Below are positions 51,950 to 64,000 of a stretch of DNA of 64,000 nt, in pieces. A program made the position numbers and the translations under genes. How positions within the stretch are numbered: the first letter of the stretch is position 1; each line of letters opens with the position of its first letter. The stretch comes from Gekko japonicus (taxonomy: Eukaryota): positions 1 through 64,000 of the forward strand of contig NW_015162055.1 of assembly GCF_001447785.1 (NCBI RefSeq), given 5' to 3'. The notes below the pieces were generated by a model that was not told the origin of the DNA, did no database searches, and worked only from the letters and a program-made list of their open reading frames with translations.

Positions 51950-52574
51950 AATCCTCATTTACCTTTGCATGACTCATAAGTGGTTTAGTTTTAAACATCT
52001 TATAATTATTTTGATATAATGGACTGCTAAACTTTTCTCCTTTTAACATTTTAATGGTTTTAAAGATATATATGTTCTTTTAGAGCTGAAAGCTAATTTG
52101 CTTGTATTTAATGAACATGTAATATTTTGATAAATGGTCTTTGACAGCAAATCAACATTCATTCAGATTAATCTCCTCTACCTGTCCATCAAGTTTAGTG
52201 AGGATTGGATTTAGGGGGTCCAAGTTATGGCCCCCCAAATAAGGTGATCTAGGAAAGTTCTCTTAGGAAAATGTCAGGTGCAGTTTCAGGAGTGTACATA
52301 ATGGACCTTGTGCAAGCTAGAGGCATCAAACCTGCAGCAGACTGCCCTGGGATGCTCCCCTACATGGCTTCCAAGTTATGTGTGGATTGAGCTTGCAGGG
52401 TCTGAGTTATCCCCCCCCCCAAGAAGGTGCTCCCAGGAAACTGATTTTGGGGAAATGTCAGGTGCAGCTTCAGGAGTGTATAGAACGGACCCTGTGCAAG
52501 CTAGAGGCATCAGACTCACAAAGGACCTCCCCAGGATGCTCCCTGAGATGGTCAATCCCCTTTTTCACCCAGGC

Positions 52575-53030
52575 CCAGGAGTTGCAGGTGGCCATGTTCC
52601 TGGGCCCTATTCACTCATTGCAGTCAAGGCAATTGCTGGGCATTGCCAACCCCTTCCTCCCCTGCCCTGCCTGGGCCCAGGAGCCACCCGTACTGTTGCT
52701 AGTGGCCACATGCCCAGGTCCCGTTCACTCTCAGTGGACAAGATGATAGCTAGGCCTGACCAACCTCCTTCCTCTGCTGCCCTGCCCGTCCCAGGAGCCA
52801 CCCGCACTGTTGTGGGTGGCCACATCCCTGGGCCCCATTCACTCTCCACAGACATAGTGATTATAGAGCATGGCCTACCTCAGTCCTCTGCTGCCTGCCT
52901 AGAGCCAGGAGCCACCTGCACTGTTATGTGCAGCCATGTCCCTGGCCCTTCTTCACTGTCCACAGACATGGTGATCGTAGAGCACAGCTTACCCCCCTCC
53001 TCCTCCCCTGCCCGGGCGCAGGAACCACCC
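52575..53030 (+). repeat. Diverged 114-bp tandem repeat (about 4 units)
   Basis: ccaggagccacc recurs at 52677, 52791 and 52905, with variants at about 52575 and 53019. Confidence 0.85.
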
Positions 53031-54093
53031 ACACAGCGGAAGAAATAGGGGGGAGGTGTAGGTCAAAATGTGGCCACGCAGCAAATAATGGGAAATTGAG
53101 CAGTACAACTGGAGGAAACGGGAGACCGAGGGCTCAACAACTGCTTTTGCAGAATCTCAAGAGACATGTACCATGGACAAGAGAGACCATGTGAGACACG
53201 TTTAGCATATGAAGAATGGATTTATAAGGGGTCAATCTGAAAGTCAGCTCTAATCCTTGGATTGGTAAACCCCATTGAAATGTTATGTTTGCAACAGCAG
53301 TGTAGCTTGTAGGTTATATCATGAATCTGAGACCTGCTGAGGGAAAAATAGAATTCACTATATTTAGTATCTTAAAGTAATAAAACAGCATTATGAGGAA
53401 AGGAACTTAATTATAGTATGAAGAAGTAGAGTTTTAAAAAGTTTATGGGGCAATATAGGTCACTTCAGTTTTAGTGCACAACAGTACTTATTTTTCTAAC
53501 ACCTGCAGTAGTTAAATGACCAAAACTGTCATGGAAGAAGCTTTTAATTTTTTTTGTAAATAAAAAACACTCTAGACAGATGTACAAGCTGCACAGATGT
53601 GTCACAAAAAGACATCCAGAATTTTAGTCTAATACTTTGAGTCTATTATCAGATTATCAGTTGTGCACAGTTGTTAATACAGAGTCAAAATACAGGTGTT
53701 TACTTGCCCTTTCAGCATCTATTCAAGAGTGGGTGTATTAGCTAACTGAACAGCAGAGTGCTTAAATCCTGGACTATTAATTAAAAAAACCCTTCATTAT
53801 ATAAAAGAGAATATCCAAATTGCAGTAATGTATGATGTAACAAAGTAACAGTTCCCTGTATAGTGGTCACTGTATATCTTCTCCACTTCATTTCCATAAG
53901 GAAGAGATTTCAAATACTCTTTCAGGGTATACAATTGTATCCAAACAATGGCTACCCGTAGTTAAGGAGTACTTGCTTGAATGGAAGGATAGCACATATA
54001 AAATGCATTGCCCACTCTGAAAAGAGAACACAATATGTAGTTTTAAAATCTAAACGCTACAACATCTTTCAAAGAAATTACCATTCTATCCAG

Positions 54094-54743
54094 GGTCAGA
54101 CCTCCTGCCCCCGCACTTACCTCAGAGGAAAGAGAGGCCTCCGGACTGTGCCAAGGGAACCATCCAGGGAGGAAGTCAGAAGCCCAGTGTGATGCCACAG
54201 AAGAAGCTCCCCAGCTCACCATGGTGCCCAAAGGGCCAGCAGCAGAGGCACAAGGTAACAAGGGTGGCAGAGGAGCAGCAGAAGCCGCCACAAGCAATGG
54301 TCTGTTCCTCATCTATTGGGGACCCAGGAAGGATTCTTTGGAAGGGCAGGACAGGAAACAGGCTGCAGTGACCTTCATAAGCTAGCAGGGACCAGTGGAG
54401 AAGCCCTATAAGGCTTCTCATGGGAGAGGGGGGAGGGAAATGGGATCCTAGGCAGGCAGTTGCTGATTGGGCCTAATACCTTCCAGTTCCATAGGCCCAT
54501 CCCCAGGATAGAGTGGGTAAAGCCAGATTGTCCCACCCCCAGGCAGTCCTGTAAAAGATGCACCCTCGGAGAAACAGGAAGGAAGGGCCAGACCTTGCCT
54601 AAGGCAGCCAGAGAGAGGTTACTGGCAGGAGTGAGAAGAGGGTGCTGTAACCCTCTCTCACTCTTTTCTGAGGGCAAACCCTACTAAAGGAACCATGGAG
54701 AAGGAGACAGCCCTAGGCTCCAGACCAGTGCTGGAGTCTAACA
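54094..54743 (+). mobile_element. Possible solo LTR
   Basis: Inverted termini (g)gtcagac...gtctaaca, a TATA-like cctataagg near 54405, and a GC-rich island in AT-rich flanks. No TSD. Confidence 0.45.
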
Positions 54744-57733
54744 CATTCCTAATGCAGCTGAATTAATCAAATAGGCTGTGACCATTTTTGAGCTAAGTGA
54801 GAATCAAATCTTCCACAGGCTCCACTTATAGAAGACCCCAAAAATGGCTGACACAGACCTGATCACCTGTTAGTCAAGAGCAAGAAAAGGGGGCCAAAAT
54901 GGAGTGTATGTGTTTGCATGCATGCACTGGATTATTTGGAGCAGGACAAAAGTATAGGTTAATCCCCCCCCCCAAATTCCTGATGAACTTCACTTAATTT
55001 AGTTTTAGTAATGACCATTACTATTTTCAACTCTTGCAGTAGCAGACTAATTTTAAAATGCCAAGAATTTCTGATTAATTAAAATTGATGGGTATTTCAT
55101 AATTCCATATGGTGTTAAGGTCCAATAAATATCAAGGACCAAGGCAACTTAATTTTTATTTTCCACTACCACCACCCAGAAAAAATCCTCAACCAAATTT
55201 GGGTGAGATCCATATATTATTACATTTTCACAGCAGTGCCTCTATAAACACAGGAATTTTCTTTATTTTTAAATCTACTATAAACTATTACTTTGTACTA
55301 TAAACTATTCCTTTCTATTTATGTTGCCCTAATCAAACATGTATTATGAAGACTGTCCAAATTATCTTTGTATTGCTTAAGAAACATTTCAAATAATTTA
55401 CCAGTGCATTAGAAAACAAAATCATAATGACTCTTTTCAGTTGCTGGCATTGATATTTTGTAGTGTTCTGTGTGAGGAAAATATTGACCTTTTCATACAA
55501 TTCTACATTAGTGTTTAGTAGAAAGACCATCTTGATTGCTAATCTTTAAAAAAAATCACATTACACTTTAATAAACAGAAAGTACCATTTATTTTTCAAG
55601 GCAAAGTATTAATTCCTGGGGGGGGGGACGTATCTCAGCAGTTTCAGTACAATGTAGTTCACATTAAACAATATACAGCATTTCAATTTTCTCAGTTTAA
55701 TTAAAGACAATAATGAGATTCTAATGCCCACTTAATTACTTGAATTCAGTTATCAATCTAATTAATCCACTGTCTACTTAGGATGCTAGACTGTATTTTA
55801 AAACCCTGCACATTGTGATAAGGTTCATTTTTGCTGGAATTCAGATATCAATTTTACAGTTAATTCCAGGTGCGGAACCATCTTGGAAAATGTATGGATT
55901 ACAATGTGGCAGCAACCTAAAAACTGCAGCATTTTAAAATATATATATCTGAAAATATGTGTACTTGCTTTAGTTTCTGTTTGAGATCATTGGAATATAT
56001 CCCAATGTTTTAATTTTAATATTTTAAAATATTTTATAATTTTATGTTTATTTTCTAACATTCCAAAATGGAAGAAGACAAAGCTGAAGGTTCCCAAATG
56101 CTTTGAATCATTGACTGAATTCACTCTGGAGGCCAAAAGTGAGGAATAACCTACAGCTACAGACTGCCCATCGTGTCAGGTTCCAAAGGATATGAGATAT
56201 CACATAATCCAGTTTATGAGTGCTTGGCCAACCCTCTCAGAGCATTTTTTTAAAAAATATACTACCCACAGAGCTTGATCTATAGAACTTTTACAAAGGC
56301 CACAGTGGAACAGGAAAAAAAAATACTAGAGGTAGGCAAATGGTCTGTTCAAATAATAACTTTTAATAGTCAAAAATGCTATCTTTTACTAAATGTTTTA
56401 AATTGTGTTGGAAGTATCTTGCGCACGGTCATTTTTGCATTGCAGTTTTCGACCAATGGTTTGTGATGATAGCCCCTACTAATCCTAGCCAATTCAGAAA
56501 AGCCCGGGGGTGGGGGGGATTATTAGAAATATTTTGCTCCTTTGTGATGGTTGCTTGGTTTGCCAGTTTTACCTCTCTGTGTTCCAGTCCTGCTGCAGAG
56601 AGGGATAAACGGAGTGTTTGTTAAATATTCTAGATTGGATCACAAATAGTTTCTTTCATGTGCTGTCCCACAATGCTGTTTTTGGAACTGTGGGCTCATG
56701 TACAGCATTAAGCATTGTGCTGACTAGGCAGCTCTGCAATGCTTTCTGTCATCATGCTTTCCCTGTCATTCAGAGCAAGATTCAACAGCATCTGATAATT
56801 GGATGCCTAGTGTGATGATGAACTCTGCAGACAACACAGACACAAATGCAGAAAATACATTTGAAATACAGATCATTGTAAACTGCAATCATATCAGAAG
56901 TTCAAGAATTTGAGTTATCAGATCAGGAGAAGAAAGGTCATTATGGATTAGGGAAATTTTCTTTTTGAGTATGTTGATTGAGAGGATCTCAGAATGAGTG
57001 TGGGGGGGGGAAACCTTTTGTCCAACAAAAGTTACGTGGTACAAAGCTATGGATAGGATAGACTAGAACACTATTAAGCTTGAATGTACAAGGGGGAAAT
57101 CCCCCAAGAAAATAGGGAGGTAACAAACAACAATTGACTTTGACAAACTAGTCAGTCAGATCCACATACAATAAAAGATGCATCTTTTTCCTGTCACTGT
57201 TCAGCTTTGTTTTTCAGTCCTTTGTAAGTTTTAACATAGAAGACCTAACCTGATGGTTTGTGACTGAACCACAAAATGGAAAGTTCTATTTGCAAGAAGC
57301 TCTGTTGAAATGATAGCAAAAGAAGGAAAATATTATGCAAAATGTTTGATTGCACTTCAGGATTCCTGACCAAGTCTCAGTAAGAAAGATCAGCACCATT
57401 CATCTTTACAAGGGACAGTTCTACACACACGCACAAACACATACACAGAGTATGATTCAGAACATTAATCATTTTCAAAACCTGAGTGTCTGTGGAGAAC
57501 TTATTATTATTTATTTTTAAAGTTTAATTCTGATGCTCCTGGAACCTGCGCAAGATGGCTTACAAAATAAAAAATACAAACAAAACATTAAAAAGATATT
57601 AATTAAAATCCAGCGTTTAAAAATCTAGCCCACTGTTACTTCTCAGGGATATTCCAAATGATATTTCCTCCGAAAATTCAGACAGATAGCATTGCCCCTC
57701 CCCTTAAAAGCTACTAAAACAGGTAGTTGTAGA

Positions 57734-57901
57734 CAGGGCTTTTTTCTTTTTTGAAAAAGAGGTGCCAGAACTCTCAAGAGGGAAATGAAGTTTTCAATCT
57801 GTGTACTGAAAACTCATGAACTTTTAAACATTTTAAAAAGAATTTTGTCAAAGAGGTTCTAGAACTCCATTCTGGTGCATTCCCCCCCCCCCAAAGCCCT
57901 G
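57734..57901. mobile_element. hAT-type MITE with CAGGGCTTT TIRs
   Basis: cagggcttt / aaagccctg with a perfect 8-bp TSD GTTGTAGA at 57726-57733 and 57902-57909. Confidence 0.9.
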
Positions 57902-58702
57902 GTTGTAGACCAGGCACAGGAAGGTGTGAAGGAATGTGATTGAGTTTTCCCCTCCTTTCTCATTACTCTCATGTTTATTTTTTGTATATTGGTCTGGTCA
58001 TGAAGCGTTCTGAATTTGGGCTAGCCATTTTCTGTTGGCTTTATATTCTTCAAAGGGTTGTTGTCAAGAAAAAAAATTGTATCACCTTGAGCCCTTGGAG
58101 GAAGGGTGGGTTATAAGTGTGACAAATGAATAATCTCAAATAACCTTTATGCCCATTTATTAGCTTTTGAATGAGGCATATAAGGAAGATAAAGTGACAG
58201 AGTTTAAATTATGGTGTTATGCATGATCTAAGAAGAGCCTTGAAGTTTGTGCATTGTTTCCATCCATATTCAGAGATAGTGATTACTCTTTATACCATGA
58301 CAATCTGAAGATGATCCTATTTTCCCCCCCTGTCTTTGGCCTTTATCACTATGCACACCATTTAAAGAACGTGAAGAAAATGGAGAGTTGTACTGCAATG
58401 CTATAAAGAGGCACTCCAAATTAAGCAATGGACTGAGACTGGAGAACACTGCATCAGATTGCACTACATGTCCTAATATCCATACTATAGTCAATTCTGG
58501 TCAGTTTAAGCAATTTCTTTAGACAAAAGGTTTAGACCATGCATATGAATTAAATCAGAGTCAAAGATTATGAGATGTTGAATGGTTACTGATCCAGGGA
58601 CTATGTTGACTATCTGATATAACATTAAGTAACAGGTTCCCATGAACAATACAAGACATTCCTAGCTAACCTCATGAAAAAAGTGGGTGAACTATGAGAT
58701 GA

Positions 58703-58904
58703 GCTCCCTCTAAGCTGTGGATTCTTGTGAGCAAAAATTCTACTTTGTGAGCTACTGGCATTAAAGTTGTGGGCAAATGATTTGGCTACTGCATAAATTA
58801 GTTTGCTCTGTAGCCATCCTTATGGAGCGAAGACAAAGATGTGTGAGCTGGAGGCTAAAAAACTGTGAGCTAGCTCACACTAACTCAACTTAGAGGGAAC
58901 ACTG
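58703..58904. mobile_element. hAT-type MITE, fourth copy (left TIR eroded)
   Basis: Colinear with 11420-11620 and ends ttagagggaacactg. Confidence 0.85.
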
Positions 58905-59349
58905 GGAAAATTTGGCAATCCATTCATGAAAACTTAAGGCCCTGAAGTAGGGTCATCATAGAGATAAAAATTTTGACACAATAATTCCAGTGTAAGATAT
59001 AAAAGTCAGCCCATTTTTTGTGGTTGTTGGAGAACAATTTCTTAACTATAGCTGTAGCTTTTTTGAATTGCACAATAAAATTATTTACATTCTTCAGTGA
59101 AGTAATGTAAGATTTTGCATTTTATACATACTTTAATGCCTTCACTATCAAAGGAGTTTTACAAGCAAAATGATTTATTTGTATAAAATGGTTTAATAAT
59201 AGTAAGTTTAAGCTAATTATTGTTTATTATGACCCGTGTGTAGAAATATAGTAAAATGACTTAGTATATTACATTAACTTGCTCTGTTGTACTCAGAACA
59301 TATTTTAACGTTCACAGATTGGCTGTACGACTTCGTAAACCACAGAGAC

Positions 59350-59540
59350 CCAGCATGCTGTAGTAGTTTGTGTTTGACTAGAATCTGGATGACCCAAGTT
59401 CAAATCCCCACTTTGCCCATTTGGGCCAGTCATTTTCTCTTGGTCTGGCCTACCTAACAGGGTGATAATGATAAAATGGAAATGAGAGAACCATGTATGT
59501 CTCCCGTAGCACCTTGGGGAAAGGGTCAGATAAAAATCTG
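59350..59540 (+). mobile_element. Old tRNA-derived SINE
   Basis: ccagcatgctgtagtag...caagttcaaatccc B-box and an L2-like tail. Confidence 0.6.
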
Positions 59541-60339
59541 ATCCTCACATATGATATGGAAAGGCTGAAAGGTTTTAGATTTTAAGAAAGAAACCAAATA
59601 AAGGGTACCAATTTCATTCATCTACTTCATTCCTTGTTGAGACTCAGTTATAGAATTAAAAAGAATGCAATAGAGACCAGTATAGTACATAAAATAAACC
59701 ATGCAGTTCAAATAGATTGCACAGTTAGAGAAACAATGAAATAGCAACAGATAATACCTCCAATGAACATGCAGTGTGAGGGAAGGAAATTCTTTTCACA
59801 GTTACAATTTAGCCTTATTTCCTGTATTAGATTGTGCCCTCCTGATCATCCCAATTCCTTTTATAATACCCCTCTTTTTAACATTTTCAAAGATAGTTGT
59901 ACATTTGTAATTTAATTATAACTGATCTCTAAAATCTTACAGAATGGAACTTTAGCATGATCTACAATTTACTTAATGGTAATTTTGGTTAACACCCCAA
60001 CAAGCCTGTCAAATTTGATTCCCACCAATCCCATAAAAGTTTATCTGGCAAAGTATGTGGAGGGACAGGGAATGTCTTATAACCAGTTAAGCTCAGCTGT
60101 AGCTCAGTGGTATGTCAAGTACTTTGCCTATAGGACAACCAATATTCAATCTACATTTGAAGGATTTTAGATTACAGGTATTGGGATAGGCCTTTCTCCA
60201 GTCAAAAGAAAGGAGACACCGGGAGATTCATGACCAGTTTTCCAGGTTTTTTTTAAAAGCTACATAGCAGCCACACCACATCCTAATTTGAATGAGACTC
60301 AATGGTACCGCTCTTTGTTCCCTTCAGGGCTAGTAGTGA

Positions 60340-61131
60340 TGTGAGTGAAACCGTGTAGGCATGTGTATAGAAATATTGATTTCTAAATGTATCCTGCATT
60401 CTCCTGTGATCTCTTTTGATAACATGTTTCCTGTTGCCAGCCAAATGGCCTGCACATTTGGCCGGAGAAACTTTATAGCCCTGCCATATAACCCCACATT
60501 CTTCACACTTCCATGCTAGGAGCTAGACCTGATGGCTCCTGCTATCTGTTGCATGCAAAAAGTCACGTAGTCGATGGGGAAACTGGAGTTTGGGGTCACC
60601 TGACTGCAGAGGGAGTCTCCAAACTTCCAGCCTATCTCCACACGCAACCATGAAAACCAACAATTTGGACACACCAATGTCCACTCGCAATTGGCTGCAT
60701 GGCCACAACTGATTGTGACTGGAATTGGCCTATAACTAGTCAATCCCCTATGGGAGAGTCTCTCTTGCTCTTGTTCTGTTCTGTTCTGCTCTGCTCCTGT
60801 CCTCTCTGTTGTTTTACTACATCTGGAATGCTGTCCTGCCATGCTGTCTGTTGGAGAACAAAGGATTGCTTTGTGACTTAAAGCACATGGAGTGCAAAGA
60901 TGGGATTGCTATTCAAAATCCCTTGGACTATTTGGACTGATGGATTCCTGAAGTTGGTAAATATGTATCTTTTACTGTGTAGTCAAGGCAAACTGCCTTA
61001 GGCTTGTTATTTTGAAATCTTTTGTAGTTTATTTGCAAGACTCTGAACTGAATAAAGCCCTGATTATTTCTAACTTGTCCTTGATGTTGTAACTGGGATT
61101 CTAAGGCTATTTCCTGTGCCTAACTGACCAC
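60340..61131 (+). mobile_element. Possible ERV-type LTR
   Basis: TATAA at 60731 followed by a pyrimidine-rich (ttctg)n tract, AATAAA at 61051 and a CA end. Boundaries are uncertain. Confidence 0.4.
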
Positions 61132-62061
61132 AAGCTACCATTGAGCATTCAGTGTGCATTTCTGGGAATGAGGTGCTAATGTGTTAAGCCCTAGATGCCA
61201 GCTGAGATTTTGAACCTCTAATCTCAGGTTGGGAGGGGGATTATTGTAGAGGTTCTGGTGGCATATTTTTCTGAATCCAGAGAGGGTAGCCTACCTCTGT
61301 GGGTTGTTGTTTAATGTACTGTAAAAGGTACAGGGTTCCCTCTCATCCCTGGACAGGTTTGGGTGGGCTAATCCTATACAGCATGGAAGAATTAAACCTT
61401 TCTCTTCTGCTGGTGTGTTTGTGATCTGAATTGGGCCATCTGCAGTTGCAGTTTAGTTCTAAGAACACCAGGAGGATCCTATCACAGATCTCCCAGGGTT
61501 CTCATCTAATTTCTTCCTCAGAGTTTGAGACCCTGATTAGCTGCTGTCAGTCAAAGTAAATAAAACTGAATTAAGTAGACCAATAGTCAGATTCAGCATA
61601 AGCCCACTTAATATATTCAGTTCTGTTCACAAATTGAATAGGAACATCAAAATAAAGCACATCCTTTTGAGAGATCTCCTTGAGCAAGGACACACTGAAA
61701 AAGAAATATTCAAAGCTATAAACAGAATACTTAACCTGTGCAGTGAGAGAGAGGAAAAGTGGACAGTAACTAATTGTAGCAATAATTTCTTGTTTAGAGA
61801 AAATCTGTGGTTCAGTCAATTGTTGCAGCATCTGTGGATTGCTTCTCACATTGTATTCTGTGTTTTGAAAATGTAGGCGGGGGTTGGGAAGGGGCGAGAT
61901 GCATGCCTTTATGAAGCTGGAATGGGTGGGCACCCATCTCAAAAGAATGAAGATCTGGATGGAAGCATTGTATGCATTTTATACATACTTCTCTTCTTAC
62001 AGTAAAAAAATAAATATTGTTAAAATAAAACACAAGTATAATATTCACGCATGAATACCTA

Positions 62062-62151
62062 AAAGTGCAATCCTGGACAAAGTTGCATCCTTCTACATCA
62101 ACTGAATTTAATGGGCTTAGAAGAGGGTAACTTGGCTCAGGATTGCACTTT
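62062..62151. mobile_element. 90-bp hairpin MITE
   Basis: Perfect 14-bp IR aaagtgcaatcctg / caggattgcacttt. Interior aatgggcttagaag is shared with 34674-34753. Confidence 0.8.
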
Positions 62152-63192
62152 ACTCTTCCCACTTTAAAATACGTGTAACAATTACTCAGAGTAGGTTGCA
62201 TGTATAATGGGAAATGAAGCTAAAATACAGGCATGTCATGAAATGTCATCAGGTTTGTAGTAACCGTCCTCACCTTCAGTACCATGGATAGCTCCAAGAC
62301 CAAACTTGCTGCAACTGCTGCTAGAGCCAGACAAAACTCTTAAATAAGGGAGCGAGTTCAGCTAGATCCAGGCAGAAACTACCTTCCTCTGGAATGGACT
62401 TCTTTTCAAAGAGCCTGCATTCAGAATCTGGCACTCTTGTGGCACTATGCAGCCTCTTCGGGCATCTCCATTAAAGGGGATTTGGTGATGATGTCCTTGG
62501 ATTCTATTGGGAAGACAAACGTTCCCAGGGCTCTGACTGCAAACTTGGTGGTGGTGGTGGGGGGCTTCAGATCCAAAGATGCTGCTTCCCTTCAGCCTTT
62601 AGTTCCCTAGATGGGTTGTTGGCTCAGCCATGTTAAGTGGGCCCTTTATCGAGGGCTAGACCAAAGAACCATTCATCTGAGTCTGTGTCAGATTCACTAG
62701 GCATGGGTATAACAGTCTCTTATTAAAAGAGAGAAACAGGTAAAAGCATCCTTAGTTAGAACTATAAAACAAAACCTTACATACATTATTCAATCCATTT
62801 GGGGAAAATAAAGCACAGAAACTAAGGTAGTGCCTTTGCATTCAGTGACAAACAACTGATTATTATTCATGGCATGTAACCAAGTTTAAGTAGGTGTAGC
62901 TGCTGTTGTTCACATGTATCCCCTCCCTCCATTATCTCTTCCTCACCAGCCTTTTCTGTCTTCCCCACTGTCAATTTTAATTTGGGGCAGCTCTTCCAGA
63001 CCTATCTGTCTTTTGCTATGGAAAACAGCCATATACACTAGTTGCACAGCATAAATAATACTACTACTGTGACTATTACTCATAATAATGATAACAGTCA
63101 GCCAGTTAAAAAAAATCTTAATCAGTTACTTGTATTAGTAAATAAATAAATGTATTTGCATACCTTTTTAAAAATAATGATCATGTACCTCA

Positions 63193-63323
63193 TGTGTGTG
63201 TAAACTGCCATAAAGTCACAACCAACTTATGGCAACCTCAGAAAGGGGCATTCAAGGCAAATGAGAAGCAGAGGTGGTTTGCTATTGTCTTCATCTGCAG
63301 AGTCTTCTTTGGTGGTCTCCCAT
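63193..63323 (-). mobile_element. SINE 3' half (5S-derived atgggagacc, RTE-like tail)
   Basis: Reverse complement reads atgggagaccaccaaagaagactctgcaga...aaaccacctctgcttctc...gccataagttggttgtgact. Confidence 0.65.
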
Positions 63324-64000
63324 ATATACATACACACACAAAACCTTTATTGGCATGAAAGCACAAAACATCATGGAAATACTGGAAAATACTAAGATGC
63401 ATCAGTCACTTACACTTGGCTATTCAAGCCTTCTCTTCTGATTGCATAATATAAAAATTTTGCAGCAGCCTCCATTATTTTGCAATTAGAATGGAACAGA
63501 AGAAAGTGAACAATTGAGTCATCAGAATGCTAGCTCTTACCTTCTAGAAGTGGAGTAATAAAATGAGATTGGATATCCCTGTAAAGGGGGCAATGAAGTA
63601 TGGTGTGTGTAGTGGATTCTGTATCTTTTAGAGAGCCAGGGCAAAGTCTGTCTACGTATGGTTATCTGGCGGTACCTCCTTAAAAGCACCTCTGATGGCA
63701 GAACATTAAAGCGTGCAAGCATGTATGCTCTGCGATGATGTGGGGCTGTTAAATTTGACAGATACTTCGTGGTAGAGCCCATGTCAAAAGTCCCCAACCT
63801 ACTTGGGGAGCATCTGCTGGCTTTGCATTCCGTAAGTTCTTGCCTTTTGATGTCAAGAAATCTTTGTTTAATAATAGCATAGGCTTGTTTATCTGAAAAG
63901 GGGGCTAAATAATCCAGGGATATTCCCATTGTAGAGAGTTTCTCCTCTACATATTTAAGTCATGGAGAGAGATGGGACTCAATTAACATGTGAGTAATAA
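63324..64000 (-). mobile_element. 3' portion of an RTE-X-like LINE, running off the window end
   Basis: IIKQRFLDIKRQEL...YLSNLTAPHHRRAYMLARFNVLPSEVL. Ends gccaataaaggttt plus (TG)n. Confidence 0.85.

Larger units (their letters stand above)
46975..52163 (+). mobile_element. Full-length but decayed two-ORF APE-RT LINE (RTE-X-like)
   Basis: 13-bp TSD CAGATTAATCTCC at 46962-46974 and 52164-52176, with a (CATT)n tail. Contains ORF1 and ORF2 remnants (next two features). Confidence 0.9.
44437..53200 (+). mobile_element. Second copy of the unclassified long repeat, split by three LINE insertions (own pieces about 44437-44704, 46881-46974, 52164-53200)
   Basis: Terminus agagatgggcacaaacagggaaaatg. 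Rejoining 46945-46974 to 52177-52220 gives a match to the reverse complement of 39280-39350. Confidence 0.6.

Noticed and set aside
52575-53030. CRISPR-like or other repeat-spacer array
   Set aside because: Units are homologous along their whole length with no unique spacers, in a eukaryotic context with no cas genes.
58310-58500. Open frame DDPIFPPCLWP...IVNSG with a possible GT donor
   Set aside because: Weak acceptor, an upstream in-frame stop, no recognisable homology and no partner exons.

Overview
This is vertebrate genomic DNA, very likely a squamate and probably a gecko. That call is an inference from Sauria-type and Squam3-type SINEs, a BovB fragment, lizard-type L1/L2 and the MITE families present. 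I can support no intact host gene, rRNA, tRNA or CRISPR array; the window reads like a large intron or gene desert filled with transposable elements. Main elements: a DIRS/Ngaro gag remnant (1-1345), an L2 (3505-5505), a 5'-truncated L1 with TSD (31089-33725), a Mag-type Ty3/Gypsy remnant with one LTR and PBS (36365-38300), BovB (43100-43537), and a full-length 5.2-kb APE-RT LINE (RTE-X-like) with a 13-bp TSD (46975-52163). SINEs, hAT/Harbinger-type MITEs, Penelope-type remnants and possible solo LTRs are also present. The most notable structures are a nested stack at 44.4-53.2 kb (an L1 with twin-priming-type 5' inversion, a second L1 with a 78-bp target duplication, and a 114-bp in-frame tandem repeat), a truncated MITE flanked by a 67-bp duplication, and an unexplained ATGA-coupled ORF pair at 27163-27515. 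I did not find evidence for a novel multi-gene system. Family names come from motif recognition by eye, not database searches.
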